From positions 47,645-111,644 of the forward strand of contig CALXAB010000001.1 of assembly GCA_944386175.1 (NCBI GenBank): a stretch of 64,000 nucleotides of DNA, read 5' to 3'. Made by a program: the position numbers and the translations under genes. Numbering within the stretch: the stretch's first letter is position 1; the number at the start of each line of letters is the position of its first letter. Under the pieces are notes generated by a model. It was not told where the DNA came from, searched no databases, and saw only the letters and a list, made by a program, of their open reading frames with translations. Below are positions 61,098-64,000 of the stretch, piece after piece. This DNA comes from an uncultured Clostridia bacterium (GTDB taxonomy: Bacteria > Bacillota > Clostridia > TANB77 > CAG-508).

Positions 61098-63194
61098 TTA
61101 TTCCTCCTCTTTAATAATATTTTTACTTCCAAAATATGTTGCTAAAAAATATATTCCATAAATTACTCCTATAATAATTGCTGTTGCTATAGTAGAAGGC
61201 AACAATTCGTCTGGTGAAGCAAGTACAGCAAGCATTGATAATATAAATTTAATTCCAAATATTGAATGTACTATTGCTAAAACAAGTGGCAACATAAAGA
61301 AAATAAATATCTGCCTAAATAATGCTTTATTTATCATTTTTTCATCACAACCTATTTTTCTTAAAATTGTATATCTTTGTTTGTTATCAGAACTTTCAGT
61401 TAATTGTTTTAAAGCTAAAATTGCTGAACTTGCAATTAGAAATACAATTCCTAAATAAATTGCTATAAATATGATAATTGTTGCTAATCCTTTACTTGCT
61501 TCTTTTAAACTAATTTTAGATGTTCCATCAAGGTTAATTCCTTTTTCTTTTATATTATTAATAAATTCTGTGTCTCCATTTCCTATTAATGTATTTTCTA
61601 TTTCTTGTTTACCCGCTTCTGTATCTGCATTATAGTTTGCTACTAAAAGGTATTGTTCTGTATATTGATTTTGTACCTCAAAACTATCTGGTACTAATAT
61701 AATTCCTGCATTCATATTACTTGAAGACATAAATATAAATCCATATTTACATTCATTATATTTTGAATGATATCTTTTGCCATTTATTTCTATATCTGAG
61801 TTATTTTTTAATGCTTGATTTCTTAAATTGGTCATTTGGTCAAAATCGCAAAGTACCATATATTCATCATCATTTAAACTATATTGTTCTTCTCCATATA
61901 ATGTAGCTATTTTGTTATAATCAGAAAGTTTTATAACTGATTCTGGTGTATCATAAGTTAGCATTGAAAATTGATTTTTAGCTGTTTCGTAATAATCTCC
62001 CAAACTAGTTTTTAAAGTCCATTCTGGTATTGCATAAATTGGAACTTCTACAACATCTTTTAATGTATTCATATCATAGCCATTTGTTTCTAAAGTATAG
62101 CTTACAGGATGTTTTGAATCTTCTATTTGTGTTTGCGTATTATATATTGTTTTTCCACTATATGAACTCACATAACTTTCTGGAAGATATGCTGTTTTAT
62201 ATAAATTTACATCTACTGGTGTAAGTTCTTCTAGTTGTGAATCTAATGCCGATTTTATAGATAGACTTCCAGATAATACACTTATTGTCATAAATAACAT
62301 TAAACAAATGATACTCATACTGATTATATTTGTATTAACTTTATTATTTAATTGCCTTAATACAAACATATTTGTTCCTTTTAAATATACTTTTTTACTT
62401 GATTGTATCATTCGTAATATAAACCCTGATAATGACCAAAATATGCCGATTGTCCCTATAATGCCCATTAGTATAGGTTTTAATAATTTATCTGCTGTAT
62501 TTAATTCATATACTCCGCCTGTTACTCTCCAATACGCATATCCTAGTATTCCAGCTGATATTAGAAATACAAGTATTGAAATAATTGGATTTTTCATTTT
62601 TACTTTTTCATTTTTTCTTATAGCAGTTAATAAATTAATTAATTTATATCTTGAAATTGTTAGTGTGTTAAAAATAATAACTGCTAAATACATAACTGCA
62701 AAATAAATACATGTTTTTATGCAAGCATCTTTTGAAAATACAAAAGTAAATTCGCTCATATCTGCTTCAAATAGTTTTGCAACTAAAATAGACATAAATT
62801 GTGAAGCAAATACACCTATAAATATACCAACTGCTAATGATAAAATTCCAATTAATATAGTTTCTAAAAGGATAATTCCTGATATTTGCCTTCTTCCCAT
62901 ACCAAGTGTCATATATATTCCAAATTCTCTTTTTCTTCTATTTACTAAAAAGTTATTGGCATATACAATTAAAAATCCTAATACGATTGCTACAAAAACT
63001 GACATCATTCCAAGTAAATCAACTAATAGAGTTATCATTTCTCTTGTTGAAGTAGATACTTTTATCATTGCTTGTTGACTATCTAATGAGTTAAACATAT
63101 AGAAAATTGCTACTCCTAATACTAATGTTAAAAAATATATTGCATAATCTTTAAAACTTTTTTTCATATTTCTTATAGATAATTTAAATAACAT
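61098..63194 (-). CDS. FtsX-family ABC permease, BceB/MacB-like (698 aa, about 10 TM with a large extracellular domain)
   Basis: FtsX-like helices at both ends around a large hydrophilic insert. Follows a BceA-like ATPase gene. Confidence 0.7.
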   Translation of the reverse strand: MLFKLSIRNMKKSFKDYAIYFLTLVLGVAIFYMFNSLDSQQAMIKVSTSTREMITLLVDLLGMMSVFVAIVLGFLIVYANNFLVNRRKREFGIYMTLGMGRRQISGIILLETILIGILSLAVGIFIGVFASQFMSILVAKLFEADMSEFTFVFSKDACIKTCIYFAVMYLAVIIFNTLTISRYKLINLLTAIRKNEKVKMKNPIISILVFLISAGILGYAYWRVTGGVYELNTADKLLKPILMGIIGTIGIFWSLSGFILRMIQSSKKVYLKGTNMFVLRQLNNKVNTNIISMSIICLMLFMTISVLSGSLSIKSALDSQLEELTPVDVNLYKTAYLPESYVSSYSGKTIYNTQTQIEDSKHPVSYTLETNGYDMNTLKDVVEVPIYAIPEWTLKTSLGDYYETAKNQFSMLTYDTPESVIKLSDYNKIATLYGEEQYSLNDDEYMVLCDFDQMTNLRNQALKNNSDIEINGKRYHSKYNECKYGFIFMSSSNMNAGIILVPDSFEVQNQYTEQYLLVANYNADTEAGKQEIENTLIGNGDTEFINNIKEKGINLDGTSKISLKEASKGLATIIIFIAIYLGIVFLIASSAILALKQLTESSDNKQRYTILRKIGCDEKMINKALFRQIFIFFMLPLVLAIVHSIFGIKFILSMLAVLASPDELLPSTIATAIIIGVIYGIYFLATYFGSKNIIKEEE

Positions 63195-63951
63195 CGTTCA
63201 AATCACCTCCAAGAAGTGTTTGCACCTCAATTATTTTTTCAAAGAATTGTTTTCTTGTGTCTTCACCTTTAATTAATTCATTAAATATCTTTCCATCTTT
63301 TATAAAGATAATTCTTTCTGCATAACTTGCTGTGAAAGCGTCATGTGTAACCATTAAAATGGTTGCTCCTAAATTTTTATTTAAATGTTCAAACGTTTCT
63401 AGTAATTGTCTTGCTGATTTTGAGTCTAATGCTCCTGTTGGTTCATCCGCTAGAACTATTTTAGGGTTTGTTATAATTGCTCTGCTACTAGCCACTCTTT
63501 GTTTTTGTCCTCCTGATATCTGATATGGATATTTATTTAAAATATCTGATATATCAAGTTTTTTTGCTACTTCTTTTACTTTTTTATCTATTTCATGAGA
63601 ATTTACCTTTTGAATTGTTAATGCTAGTGCAATATTTTCATAAGCAGTTAAAGTATCTAGTAAATTAAAATCTTGAAATATAAAGCCTAATTCTTCTCTT
63701 CTAAACTTATTTAGCTTATTTCCTTTTAATCTTGTAATGTCTTGGTTATTAATTATAATTTTTCCGGCTGTTACTCTATCAATTGTTGATATACAATTTA
63801 ATAATGTTGTTTTACCAGATCCGGATGCCCCCATTATACCAACAAATTCTCCTTCTCCTACATTAAAACTAATTCCATCTATTGCTTTTGTTAAATTTGA
63901 TTTGTTACCATAGTATTTTTCTATGTTTTTTACCTCTAATACATTACTCAT
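63184..63951 (-). CDS. ABC transporter ATP-binding protein, BceA/MacB-ATPase-like
   Basis: GASGSGKTTLLN, LSGGQKQRVA and VLADEPTGALD motifs. Confidence 0.85.
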   Translation of the reverse strand: MSNVLEVKNIEKYYGNKSNLTKAIDGISFNVGEGEFVGIMGASGSGKTTLLNCISTIDRVTAGKIIINNQDITRLKGNKLNKFRREELGFIFQDFNLLDTLTAYENIALALTIQKVNSHEIDKKVKEVAKKLDISDILNKYPYQISGGQKQRVASSRAIITNPKIVLADEPTGALDSKSARQLLETFEHLNKNLGATILMVTHDAFTASYAERIIFIKDGKIFNELIKGEDTRKQFFEKIIEVQTLLGGDLNDVI

Positions 63952-64000
63952 TATAAAATTTTCCTCCTTTTTCTTAGTTAAAATTGTAATTGTTTTTCGA

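Overview
This is an AT-rich (about 25-28% GC) chromosomal segment from an endospore-forming Firmicute; the gene content looks Clostridium-like. No rRNA, tRNA or CRISPR array was seen.

The window falls into four parts:

1. 0-12.2 kb is conserved sporulation core. It holds dpaB/spoVFB, a secreted GH25 lysozyme with LysM repeats, spoVB, the complete spoIIIAA-AH operon on the minus strand, a large acidic membrane-anchored hypothetical protein, and yebC.

2. 12.3-27.3 kb is accessory DNA showing gene decay. It carries three AbiEi/AbiEii (type IV toxin-antitoxin) pairs, one interrupted by an in-frame TAG. It also has an ECF sigma/anti-sigma pair, a frameshifted Fic gene next to a VbhA-like antitoxin, and a 360-aa protein with two PD-(D/E)xK-like motifs. 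Other genes here are a peptide deformylase remnant, a truncated and an intact metallophosphoesterase, an MBL-fold hydrolase, an orphan receiver protein, HTH regulators, an FGE/SUMF1-like protein and a VanX-like dipeptidase.

3. 28-35.2 kb is a his/tRNA-synthetase cluster. It has two full-length hisS paralogs plus hisZ, hisG, a DapF-like/GNAT fusion and hisIE. No hisD/B/H/A/F lies between hisG and hisIE.

4. 35.4-58.6 kb is the most unusual part. It is a tandem array of three related modules, each ending in a SHOCT-like small protein and a large serine recombinase. Each is preceded by a roughly 350-bp array of 6-7 palindromes (GTTCAC-N3-GTGAAC) and a conserved roughly 100-nt two-hairpin element. 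The leftmost recombinase is reduced to its first 46 codons and is fused in frame to the 3' part of purD, so the array interrupts purD. The modules carry different cargo: two ABC exporters; a ParB-like / Schlafen(AlbA_2)-ATPase / HIT-like / histidine-phosphatase / HD operon; and an AbiE pair with a 617-aa membrane protein, GNAT, APH and Sel1 genes. A fourth, solo copy of the palindrome array lies at 20.1-20.33 kb.

58.6-64 kb holds BceAB-like and ABC-2 transporter genes.

Coordinates follow the supplied ORF track, which includes stop codons. Alternative starts are noted in the evidence.
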